Positions 25,308 to 33,193 of a stretch of DNA of 36,871 nt are shown in pieces. The DNA lies in the IMG/VR virus record IMGVR_UViG_3300044528_000038, positions 1 through 36,871 of that record, one strand, 5' to 3'. Positions within the stretch are counted from its first letter, which is position 1; the number at the start of each line of letters is the position of its first letter. Made by a program: the position numbers and the translations under genes. The DNA comes from a virus (lineage: Duplodnaviria; Caudoviricetes). Under the pieces are notes generated by a model, which saw nothing but the letters and a program-made list of their open reading frames with translations, was not told where the DNA came from and searched no databases.

Positions 25308-26890
25308 CCGCGAACGTCACGCGCCGGACCGGCGCAGTCTCGAACACCCTCGCCGGGATCCCCGACGTGGACGGCGCGATCGCGTACGCGCTCAAGCACC
25401 ACGTCTGGCGGGGACCGGCGTGGGGTGACCCGGAGGGCCGCCTGCTCTACGGCCGGAAATCCAACGACGAACTCGGGGACCCCGTGAACGTCGACGCGCA
25501 ACTCCACGAGTGGGTACAGGCGTGTGACGCCGACGGCGTCCCGGTCGCCGGCATCTTCGCCGACGCCAAGATCGGGGCGTCCGAGTACACGAGCAAGCCC
25601 CGGCCCGGGTTCGACGCCATGGTCGAGGCCGTCGCGACCGCGAACGGCCGCTACGTCTGCATGTACAACCTCGACCGGCTGACCCGGCGGAACGATCAGC
25701 TCGACCTTCTCATCGCCCGGCGGGCCGTCCTCTGCCAGGCCAAGGGCAAGGCCCTCGACCTCGCGGACCCCGACGATCAGTTCCACGCCCGCCTCATCGT
25801 CTCGATGGCGCAGCGGGAGGCCCAGGTCGTGCACCGCCGGGTCACCCGGACGCAGCGCCAGCTCCGGGCGAACGGCGTCCCGCACAACAATCACTTCGGC
25901 TTCGGCTTCCGGGGCGGGGAGGTCTACGAGCCGGAGGCGAAGATCGTCCGGGAGATGGTCGAGCGGTTCCTCGCCGGGGCGTCCCTCCGGGACATCGGCA
26001 CCTGGCTCCGGGACTCCGGCGTCGTGGGCCTCCGGGGCTCGTCGCGCTGGGAGGTCATGCAGGTGCAGAAAATCCTCGCGACCCCGCGCATCGCCGGGTA
26101 CTTCCAGGCGGACGGGGACCTCGTGCAGCGCCGCGACTTCGACCCCGCCCGCCACGCCATCATCGACCTGGAGACCTCCGAGCGCGTCAACGCCCTCCTC
26201 GCCTCCCGGGGCGAGCGGGCGCGCGGCTTCGGGTCCCGCACGCGCAATGAGTGGTCCGGCCTCATCCGCTGCGGCGGCTGCGGCGGGGTCATGGAGCACT
26301 CCTCGAAGGGACGCCGGACGGACGAGGGCTACCGGCGGGTCTACCGCTGCGCCCAAAAGAACGGGTGCGGCGGGGTCAGCATCGGGGCGGACGAGACGCG
26401 CCAGCTCCTCCTCGACCTCGTGTTCGACCGCGTGGACGAGGGCAAGGTCTCCGCCATGCTCCGGTCCCGGTCCACGGAGTCCACGAAGGCGGAGACCCGC
26501 GCGCTCGTGACCGAGATTCGCCACCTGGAGCGGGACCTCGCCGCGGTCGCGGATCTGGTCGGCCCGGACGGGTACACCCCGGCGCAGGGCGCGAAGCTGT
26601 CCCGGAACTACCGGGCCGCCCTCGACGCCAAGCGCGCCGCGCTCCGTGAGCTCAGCCCCGAGAACGACGGCCCGCTCGCCGAATACCTCGGCCAGCGCGG
26701 GGCGCTCTCCCGGGCGTGGCCCGACCTCTCCACGGACCAGCGCCACGCCATCATCGAGGGCGCGATCACGGCCGCCTTCGTGATGCCGGCGGCGCAGTCC
26801 CGCCCCTACTTCCAGCCGGAGCGCGTCACGATCGCGGATCAGCTCTCCCCGAAGCACCGGCTCCTCGCCGTAGTCGGCCGGGCGTCCTAA
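25304..26890 (+). CDS. int: Large serine integrase/recombinase
   Basis: Catalytic LYGRKS, RPGF, LDRLTR, recombinase domain (FGF...EAKIVREM..RFL.G.SL...IL..PRIAG), Zn ribbon LIRCGGCG...YRC...C, coiled coil. ATG25304 with SD GGAGG. Confidence 0.93.
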   Translation: MTANVTRRTGAVSNTLAGIPDVDGAIAYALKHHVWRGPAWGDPEGRLLYGRKSNDELGDPVNVDAQLHEWVQACDADGVPVAGIFADAKIGASEYTSKPRPGFDAMVEAVATANGRYVCMYNLDRLTRRNDQLDLLIARRAVLCQAKGKALDLADPDDQFHARLIVSMAQREAQVVHRRVTRTQRQLRANGVPHNNHFGFGFRGGEVYEPEAKIVREMVERFLAGASLRDIGTWLRDSGVVGLRGSSRWEVMQVQKILATPRIAGYFQADGDLVQRRDFDPARHAIIDLETSERVNALLASRGERARGFGSRTRNEWSGLIRCGGCGGVMEHSSKGRRTDEGYRRVYRCAQKNGCGGVSIGADETRQLLLDLVFDRVDEGKVSAMLRSRSTESTKAETRALVTEIRHLERDLAAVADLVGPDGYTPAQGAKLSRNYRAALDAKRAALRELSPENDGPLAEYLGQRGALSRAWPDLSTDQRHAIIEGAITAAFVMPAAQSRPYFQPERVTIADQLSPKHRLLAVVGRAS

Positions 26891-27010
26891 GCCCCGGGAC
26901 GAGGGACGACGCGAGTAGGTCTAGATGCCATATGCACACTCCGGCTAGGTTCCGTCACGGACGGTGCGGTAAAGGTGAGGACGGTGCCAGCCGCACGCAA
27001 GGGGGGTGAC

Positions 27011-27334
27011 GTGGATCACGAGTCCATCCCGACCGAGGTACGTCACGAGCAGGCGCTCCGGTTGCTCCTCCGCGCCGCGATCCACGAGTGGCGCGCCTAC
27101 GTCCGTGAGCTGGAGAACGTCCCGTGCGACGCCGACGCGGCGGACATCATCTGGCTCGAACGCAAGGAGCAGATGCTCATCGAGCGGTCGCATAACGCGA
27201 GCCAGCGCTCCCGCTCGCTCGGGGACCTCGATACCTCCGACGACTTCGCCGACACGATCACCGACGTGCTCATCTGCGCGGGCCGCCTCTACCGCGCCCG
27301 GGGCGGACCCGGGATCAGTCGCCTGCTTCCATAG
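27011..27334 (+). CDS. Hypothetical protein convergent with the repressor
   Basis: AAGGGGGG before GTG27011. Helical protein-like sequence; 3' end overlaps the repressor by 20 nt. Confidence 0.55.
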   Translation: MDHESIPTEVRHEQALRLLLRAAIHEWRAYVRELENVPCDADAADIIWLERKEQMLIERSHNASQRSRSLGDLDTSDDFADTITDVLICAGRLYRARGGPGISRLLP

Positions 27335-27701
27335 CGGCGAGCAGCGCGTCGAACACGTTCAGGACCGCGGCCCGGAACACCGGATCGAGGGGCGCGTAGT
27401 TCGCGAGCTGGTCCCGCACGGACGGCAGGTCGCAGTAGACCGCGTGCACGATCGCGCCCCGGTTCAGCCCCAGCGCGGCCTCGATCCGCGCCAGGTTGTC
27501 GAGGGACGGGAGCCGGAGCCCGCGCTCGTAGAGCGAGATCGTCCCCTGGTCGAGTCCGGACGCGGCGGCTAGTGAAACCTGAGACGTTTTCCCCCGCGCC
27601 CGGCGGATCACGACCGCGAAATCACGCTGCAACCCGAGCAGGTCTGCCTGCTCGTCTGCCCTGCTCCGGGGGTGCTTCTTGGGCTGTGGCCGCGGTGCCA
27701 T
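27315..27701 (-). CDS. Immunity repressor (XRE HTH)
   Basis: IRRAR..TSQVSLAAASGLDQGTISLYERGLRLPSLDNLARIEAALG. Divergent from the Cro-like gene. Confidence 0.88.
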   Translation of the reverse strand: MAPRPQPKKHPRSRADEQADLLGLQRDFAVVIRRARGKTSQVSLAAASGLDQGTISLYERGLRLPSLDNLARIEAALGLNRGAIVHAVYCDLPSVRDQLANYAPLDPVFRAAVLNVFDALLAAMEAGD

Positions 27702-27768
27702 ATATGCGCCGGGAACATTAGGTCACACGGGTTACCGGAGGCCGGATAGGCATCGGAAGCCTTTACGG

Positions 27769-27808
27769 ATCTGCACGCTTAGCTCTAAGGTCAAACGCCT
27801 TAGCAGAT
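27769..27808. promoter_or_regulatory. Candidate operators of the repressor/Cro switch
   Basis: AT-enriched intergenic DNA with CTTAG-CT-CTAAG (27778-27789) and CTAAGG-N7-CCTTAG (27785-27803), flanked by ATCTGC/GCAGAT. Confidence 0.5.
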
Positions 27809-27820
27809 GAGGTGTGCGAT

Positions 27821-28099
27821 ATGGCAGCTACCGTCCGCCGGAGCCTGAACCCGGCCGTGCTCCGCCTCCACCGGCAGTGGGGCGTCCTCGTGAAGCAACG
27901 CCGGAAGGCCCTCGGGCTCGGGCAGGTCGACCTCGCCCAGCTCACGGGAATCGACCAGGGCTCGATCAGCCGGATCGAGCGCGGCGAGCTGGGCAAGATC
28001 AGCGACCGGAACCGGATCGCCCTCGCCCACGCGCTCGGCGTCCGGGTCGATGACCTGTTCCCCTACCCGTCCCCCCGGCCCAACGGCAACGCGTCGTGA
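27821..28099 (+). CDS. Cro-like XRE HTH regulator
   Basis: VKQRRKALGLGQVDLAQLTGIDQGSISRIERG...LAHALGVRVDDLF. First gene of the rightward early operon. Confidence 0.88.
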   Translation: MAATVRRSLNPAVLRLHRQWGVLVKQRRKALGLGQVDLAQLTGIDQGSISRIERGELGKISDRNRIALAHALGVRVDDLFPYPSPRPNGNAS

Positions 28100-28266
28100 C
28101 GCCGGAGGAGCGCATCGCCAACGTCACGCGCGTCCGGCGTGAGGTCGAAGCGACCGGCCGGGCGTGGAAGATCACCGACGAGGCTGTCCTCGCCCCGATC
28201 GTGGAGGCGATCGAGTCCACGATCCCGAAGCCCGCGCCTCGCCGGCGGCGGCGGCGGAGCCGGTGA
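28096..28266 (+). CDS. Small hypothetical protein with poly-Arg tail (56 aa)
   Basis: GTGA-coupled at both ends. ...KITDEAVLAPIVEAI...PRRRRRRSR. Confidence 0.65.
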   Translation: MTPEERIANVTRVRREVEATGRAWKITDEAVLAPIVEAIESTIPKPAPRRRRRRSR

Positions 28267-29210
28267 GCCTGACCGCGCGGCCCCTGCCGCGCACCGACTC
28301 CCGGGAGGACTGGCTCGCCCAGCGCCGGGGCGGGATCGGCGGGAGCGACGCGGCCGCGGTCGTGGGCCTCGATCCCTACCGCTCGCCGCTCATGGTGTGG
28401 CTGGAGAAAACCGGCCGGGCCGTCGATACCCGCGACACCGAGGCGATGGCCCTCGGCCGCGCGCTGGAGCCCGCGCTCATGGACGTGTTCGCGGAGCGGA
28501 CCGGCCTCTACGTGGAGCCCCCGGCATGCGCGCTCATGCACGAGACCTACGACCACATTCGCTGCAACCTCGACGGCCTCGTCTACGACTCCGCCGCCTC
28601 GACGGAACCGCTCGGGATCTACGAGGCGAAGACCGCCGGGCTGCACGACCACGAGCGCGCCATGCGCTGGCGGATCCAGGTGCTGCACAACCTGGCCGTG
28701 ACCGGATGCGAGCACGCCTGGCTCTGCTCCATGTCCGGCGGCCGGGGCGGGATGCGCGTCGACATCGAGGAGCTGGAGCGCAACGACGCCGACCTCGCGG
28801 TGCTCCTCCAGATCGAACACGAGTTCTGGGCCGCCGTCACCGACGACGATCCGCCGCCGGGGTTGGGGCTGGCCGGCGAACCGCTCGCGCTGGCCGCGGC
28901 CTTCCCCGGCGGCGACGCCGAGGCCTTCGAGCTCGACCCCCGGGGTCGTGACCTCCTCTTCGCGCTCCGGGTCGCCAAGGCGGCGAACAAGGAGACGAAG
29001 GACACGCTCGCCCGCGCGGAGACGGATGTCCGCGCCTACCTCGCGGACCGGGAGGTCGCGCTCATCGACGGCGCGGTCGCCCTCACCTATCACGCCCACG
29101 AGCGGACGGACCTCGACACGTCCGCGCTCCGGCGTGACCTCCCCGACATCGCAGCCAAGTACGAGCAGACCAAATCGGTCCGACGACTACTCGTAAAGGA
29201 GCCGACGTGA
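28263..29210 (+). CDS. YqaJ/lambda-exonuclease-family recombination nuclease
   Basis: EDWLAQRRGGIGGSDAAA, GRALE, CNLDG, IYEAKT, IQV. Adjacent to RecT. Confidence 0.92.
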   Translation: MSLTARPLPRTDSREDWLAQRRGGIGGSDAAAVVGLDPYRSPLMVWLEKTGRAVDTRDTEAMALGRALEPALMDVFAERTGLYVEPPACALMHETYDHIRCNLDGLVYDSAASTEPLGIYEAKTAGLHDHERAMRWRIQVLHNLAVTGCEHAWLCSMSGGRGGMRVDIEELERNDADLAVLLQIEHEFWAAVTDDDPPPGLGLAGEPLALAAAFPGGDAEAFELDPRGRDLLFALRVAKAANKETKDTLARAETDVRAYLADREVALIDGAVALTYHAHERTDLDTSALRRDLPDIAAKYEQTKSVRRLLVKEPT

Positions 29211-30289
29211 GTACCTCCGAACTCGGGCAGGCGATCGAGCGCGCGCAGGAGCGGCGGACGCCGCGCACCGACACGCAGCGCGCGATCGAACTGCTGAACA
29301 GACTGCGCCCGGAAATCGAGCGGGCGCTGCCGGCCTCGATCCGGGCCGACCGCCTCGCCCGCGTCATCCAGACCGAGCTACGCAAGAACCCGGCGCTCGG
29401 GTCCTGTGACCCGGACTCGTTCCTCGGCGCGGTCCTCACCGCCGCCCAGCTCGGGCTCGAACCCGGGCCGCTCGGCCTCGTCTACTTCAACCCGCGCTTC
29501 AACAAGAACACGGGCCGGGACGAGGTACAGCTCACGATCGGCTACCGGGGCTATATCGCGCTGGCGCTGCGGCACCCGGACGTCGATGCGATCGACGCGC
29601 ACCCGGTCTACGCCAACGAGAAATGCGTCGTGACCTACGGGTCCAACGCGTCGATCGAGCACACGCCCCGGCTCGACTCCAACCGGGGCGCGCTCATCGG
29701 CGCGTACGCGATCGCGTTCCTCGCGACCGGCTACCAGCTCCCGCACTACCTCGACCGGGATGAGATCGAGAAGCGACGCAAGAGGGCCACGACCGACAAG
29801 ATCTGGGCCGAGCACTACGACGCGATGGCAGTCAAGTCGGCCGTCCGGGCGCTGAACAACGTGCTCCCGGTTTCGCCCGAGCTGCAACGCGCCGAGGCCG
29901 TCGACTACCACGCGCCACGGGTCGGTGACGTTCTCGCCGACGCGGGGGAGGTGCTGGGAGACGGCGCGGTGATCGACGTCGCGGGCAGTGAAATCGGAGC
30001 ACCCGCGGCGTCGTCACCCGCTCCCGACCCGGACGTCATCCGCTTCGCCTCCCGGCCGGAGGTCCCGGACGCCGAGGGCCTCTACGACGAACCGCCGCCG
30101 GAGGACCGGCCGCCGCCCACGGACGAGGAGGTCATCGCCGCCGCCGTCCGCTACGACGAGTCCGCCGAGGGCGAGGAGCGGGCCGCGCTCGACCACTTCA
30201 TCAACCTGGAGGAGCTGCCGGCCAATCACAACGAGTGGGGCGTGGCCGAGGCCCGGGCCGTCCTTGAGTTTGCGGACCGGCCGCTGTGA
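29207..30289 (+). CDS. recT: RecT single-strand annealing protein
   Basis: LRKNPAL..C.P.SFLGA...AAQLGLEP..G.VY..P...QL.IGYRG.I.LA, W..HYDAMA.KSA. Acidic C-terminal extension. Confidence 0.93.
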   Translation: MSTSELGQAIERAQERRTPRTDTQRAIELLNRLRPEIERALPASIRADRLARVIQTELRKNPALGSCDPDSFLGAVLTAAQLGLEPGPLGLVYFNPRFNKNTGRDEVQLTIGYRGYIALALRHPDVDAIDAHPVYANEKCVVTYGSNASIEHTPRLDSNRGALIGAYAIAFLATGYQLPHYLDRDEIEKRRKRATTDKIWAEHYDAMAVKSAVRALNNVLPVSPELQRAEAVDYHAPRVGDVLADAGEVLGDGAVIDVAGSEIGAPAASSPAPDPDVIRFASRPEVPDAEGLYDEPPPEDRPPPTDEEVIAAAVRYDESAEGEERAALDHFINLEELPANHNEWGVAEARAVLEFADRPL

Positions 30290-30477
30290 GCGGGGTCTGG
30301 GGTGCGCCGCGGGGTTACGACGACGAGCACGAGCCCGAGCGAGAACCGCCGGTCTGCCCGTACTGCGGGCGCGTGATGTCGAACCGGGAGGCGGCGGAGC
30401 AGGGCGCGTGCAACGAGTGCTACGACGCCAACGTCGCCTACGGCCGCAGCCACGAGGACTGGGAGCACCGGCCGTGA
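30286..30477 (+). CDS. Small zinc-finger protein
   Basis: CPYCG...CNEC. Coupled at both ends. Confidence 0.7.
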   Translation: MSGVWGAPRGYDDEHEPEREPPVCPYCGRVMSNREAAEQGACNECYDANVAYGRSHEDWEHRP

Positions 30478-30686
30478 AGGACGACGCGCTGATTCCTCTC
30501 TACGTCGTGTCCATGCGCGGGGTCGGCCAGGAGGGCTGGTACATCTTCAAGCACCTGGAGGACGGCCCGCACGTCCCCGACGCCATCGGCGTCATCGACG
30601 GACCGTTCCCGACCCGGGAGGACGCCACCCTCGAAGCGCAGGCGATGAAGCGCCGTCGCCTCGCCCTGGACCGAGCGACGAGATGA
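30474..30686 (+). CDS. Hypothetical protein (70 aa)
   Basis: GTGA/ATGA coupling. GWY...GPFPTREDA motif. Confidence 0.65.
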   Translation: MKDDALIPLYVVSMRGVGQEGWYIFKHLEDGPHVPDAIGVIDGPFPTREDATLEAQAMKRRRLALDRATR

Positions 30687-30994
30687 CCGCGGTCATGTGG
30701 GAACCTCCGGCCTGGCTTCGTGACGCCGGGATCACGTATCGCCAGCTCGACCTCTGGACCCGCCGGGGCTGGGTCATCCCGTCCCGGGAAGGGGAGGGCG
30801 AGGGTCCCGGTTACCGCCGGATCTGGAGCGAGCCCGAGCGCCGGATCGTCCGGGTCATGGCGCGGCTCGTCCGTGCCGGGATCGGGCCCGCGGCCGCCGC
30901 CGGCATCGCCCGGGAGGCGGTGAAGCAAGGACGGCGGGTCGTCGCGGTGGTGAAGGTCAGCGCCGACGTGACGATCGCGGTGAGCACGGAGTGA
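30683..30994 (+). CDS. MerR-like HTH DNA-binding protein
   Basis: AGITYRQLDLWTRRG.V.P....G.GYRRIWS...MARLV.AGI. Confidence 0.82.
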   Translation: MTAVMWEPPAWLRDAGITYRQLDLWTRRGWVIPSREGEGEGPGYRRIWSEPERRIVRVMARLVRAGIGPAAAAGIAREAVKQGRRVVAVVKVSADVTIAVSTE

Positions 30995-31347
30995 GCGACT
31001 GGGCCGACGACTGGGTACGCCCGCGCCACGTCGACGGGCAGCTCTCGTTCGAGACCATCCCCCGCGCCCGGGCCGGGGATCCGCAGACCTCGCATGACGC
31101 GGCCGCCTCGGTCGAGCACCTCCGCCAGTCGCAGATCGCGGTCCTCGCCACGCTCGTGACCCTGGGCGAGCCGGCCACGGACGAGCAGATCGCGGACGCC
31201 TACCGGGGCCGGTGGCCGCGGCAGTCGCCCTCCGGGCTGCGTACGAGGAGGAGCGAACTCGTGGAGGCCGGGCTCGTGGAGGACTCCGGCGTCCGGGTCA
31301 CGATGAGCACCGGCCGCAAGGCCATCGCCTGGCAGGTCGTGTCGTGA
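30991..31347 (+). CDS. Winged-HTH DNA-binding protein
   Basis: ARAGDPQTSHDAA...TDEQI...SGLRTRRSELVEAGLVEDSG...GRKAIAW, a common actinophage family. Confidence 0.8.
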   Translation: MSDWADDWVRPRHVDGQLSFETIPRARAGDPQTSHDAAASVEHLRQSQIAVLATLVTLGEPATDEQIADAYRGRWPRQSPSGLRTRRSELVEAGLVEDSGVRVTMSTGRKAIAWQVVS

Positions 31348-32114
31348 GCCGGGCATCCGACCCGACGCTCATGCGGCGATGCGCGGGATGTCACAACGTA
31401 TTTGTCGGCCGACCGAACCGGGTCTACTGCTCCGGGGCGTGTCGCTGGCGGGTCTACCGCCGCCGTAAAAGTGTGGCGACAACCGCTACAGATTCAGGCC
31501 CCGTCGCCTCCGTGATCCGAGGCTCGAACGGCGTCCTGATCGCGACGGTCGCGCGGCTCGGTTACCTCGGCGGCCCGGACGATCCGGTGCTCGATGTCAC
31601 CTACGGGCGCGGGCTGTGGTGGACCCGCTATCGACCGCCGGAGCTGGTGACTCACGACCTCGCGCTCGACGGAGTCGACTTCCGGCACCTTCCCGAGGCC
31701 GATGCGTCCGTCCCGGTCCTCTGCTTCGACCCGCCGTATATCTCGACCGGGAGTCGTGAGACCTCCACGACGGATGATCTCTACGACCGGTTCGGCCTCG
31801 GTGAGCTCAAAGGCTGGCAGGCGATCCGGCGACTCATCGACGCCGGGCTGGCGGAGTCGGCACGCGTCCTCGCGCCCGGCGGATACCTACTCGTCAAGTG
31901 CATGGACTACGTGGAGAGCGGCCGCAAGGTCTGGAACACCTTCCACGTTTTCAGCGAGGCCGAGGCACTCGACCTCCGGCTCCTCGATCGCTTCCACCAC
32001 ATCGCCGGGGCCGGCAAGGGCGGCCCCCAGACCATGACGAACCTCGACGGTTCGCCCCGCAAACAAAAGCACGCCCGGGAGGTGGCTTCGATGCTTCTGG
32101 TGTTCACGAAATGA
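31344..32114 (+). CDS. Amino (m6A/m4C) DNA methyltransferase with N-terminal Zn finger
   Basis: CAGC...YCSGACR, SAM-binding VLDVTYGRG..W, catalytic FDPPY, RVLAPGGYLLVKC.D. Confidence 0.85.
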   Translation: MSRASDPTLMRRCAGCHNVFVGRPNRVYCSGACRWRVYRRRKSVATTATDSGPVASVIRGSNGVLIATVARLGYLGGPDDPVLDVTYGRGLWWTRYRPPELVTHDLALDGVDFRHLPEADASVPVLCFDPPYISTGSRETSTTDDLYDRFGLGELKGWQAIRRLIDAGLAESARVLAPGGYLLVKCMDYVESGRKVWNTFHVFSEAEALDLRLLDRFHHIAGAGKGGPQTMTNLDGSPRKQKHAREVASMLLVFTK

Positions 32115-32488
32115 GTCGGCCCCAGCCGTCCGGTGCCAAGGGCGAGGAAATCGCGGCCTGGGTCCTGGAGCGTGAGGGCTGGCGGATTACGGGCCGCCAG
32201 GTTGTCGCGCTCGGTCACCGCGTCGACGTCACCGCGGCCGAGCCCGTAACGGAGGACGAGTGGCTCATCGAGGTCAAGGTCTGGGGGCCAGAGCCCTCGG
32301 GGCGGGACACGGTCAAGAAGGCGATCGCGGACGCGTATGACCTCCGCCAGGCCGGAGAGACCCGGCCGATCATGCTCATCATGTCCCACCGCCTCACCGG
32401 CCTCCTCGGGGACATGATCCGCCGCGCCCGCCTCGCCGGAGCGATCAATGACGTCCGGGTTATCAGCGCCGTCGAGCACTACGGATGA
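32111..32488 (+). CDS. PD-(D/E)xK endonuclease (YraN/Mrr-like)
   Basis: GAKGEEIAAWVLEREGW...VDV.A......LIEVK. ATGA-coupled to the methyltransferase. Confidence 0.75.
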   Translation: MSRPQPSGAKGEEIAAWVLEREGWRITGRQVVALGHRVDVTAAEPVTEDEWLIEVKVWGPEPSGRDTVKKAIADAYDLRQAGETRPIMLIMSHRLTGLLGDMIRRARLAGAINDVRVISAVEHYG

Positions 32489-32727
32489 TGCCGGAGCCTG
32501 ACCTCAGAGCCCTCGTCCGCCGGTATGTCTACGCGTGGCAGGCCGCTGAGGAGGGCGGGCTCGACGCGATCTGCGAGCGCGACGCCGCGTTCCACGAACT
32601 CGTCACTGTCGTCGTCCATACCTGCCCGTTCTGTGACCCCGGCACCTGCCCGTTCGAGGGGCGAGCCTCGGGTGAGGAACAGCTCGGCCTCGCGATCGAG
32701 CTCAACGACGAGGGCCGATACCTCTGA
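32485..32727 (+). CDS. Hypothetical protein
   Basis: Coupled ORF with HTCPFC...C motif. Confidence 0.6.
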   Translation: MMPEPDLRALVRRYVYAWQAAEEGGLDAICERDAAFHELVTVVVHTCPFCDPGTCPFEGRASGEEQLGLAIELNDEGRYL

Positions 32728-32984
32728 TGGCCGCGCGCGTCCGCCAGGACCTGCCTCTGTCACTCCGCCGGCAGATCACGAGCGCGGACGCCGCGGGTAC
32801 GCACCGGGCGCGCGGGCGCGACCGAACAGCCAGCCAACATGACACGCCCGCGCGCCCGGTGCCGCTGCCCGGGGCTCCCGTCCGCTGCGTCCCGTGCGGC
32901 CGGACCTTCCCGACCTACTCGAAGGCGCAGCGCCACCTCGACGCCGCGCACCGCTCCGGCCGGATCGCGGTGGTACTGCGGTGA
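32727..32984 (+). CDS. C2H2 zinc-finger protein
   Basis: TGATG coupling. CVPCGRTFPTYSKAQRHLDAAH. Confidence 0.7.
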   Translation: MAARVRQDLPLSLRRQITSADAAGTHRARGRDRTASQHDTPARPVPLPGAPVRCVPCGRTFPTYSKAQRHLDAAHRSGRIAVVLR

Positions 32985-33190
32985 CCGCCTTCGCCCTCAC
33001 GCTCGTGGCCGCGCTCGCGATGGTCGCCCTCGTGCTCCTCGTGGCGCGGGTCCGGGCCCGACGCCGGTCCGGGATCCGGCCGCCGGGCGCGCCGTTTGCC
33101 GGCGGCGAGGGCCACGTCCGGGTGACGCCCCGGGAGCCGGAGGACGGCCCGGGCCGCCGCCGTCCCTACGACTGGGAAACCGAGGCCTAG
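32981..33190 (+). CDS. Small membrane protein
   Basis: GTGA coupling. N-terminal TM helix AFALTLVAALAMVALVLLVA followed by RVRARRR. Confidence 0.7.
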   Translation: MTAFALTLVAALAMVALVLLVARVRARRRSGIRPPGAPFAGGEGHVRVTPREPEDGPGRRRPYDWETEA

Positions 33191-33193
33191 GAG

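Noticed and set aside
25124-26857. 577-aa antisense ORF over the integrase, and similar long shadow ORFs (14971-16617, 8826-10337, 12571-13929, 14400-16010)
   Set aside because: Expected by-products of high GC3 codon bias; no motifs, and they overlap well-supported genes.
26926-26935. TGCCATATGC similar to TGCCATATATGC at 27696-27707 as an operator pair or attP
   Set aside because: Short and different in spacing; the second copy is constrained by the repressor start codon, and no extended arms are visible.
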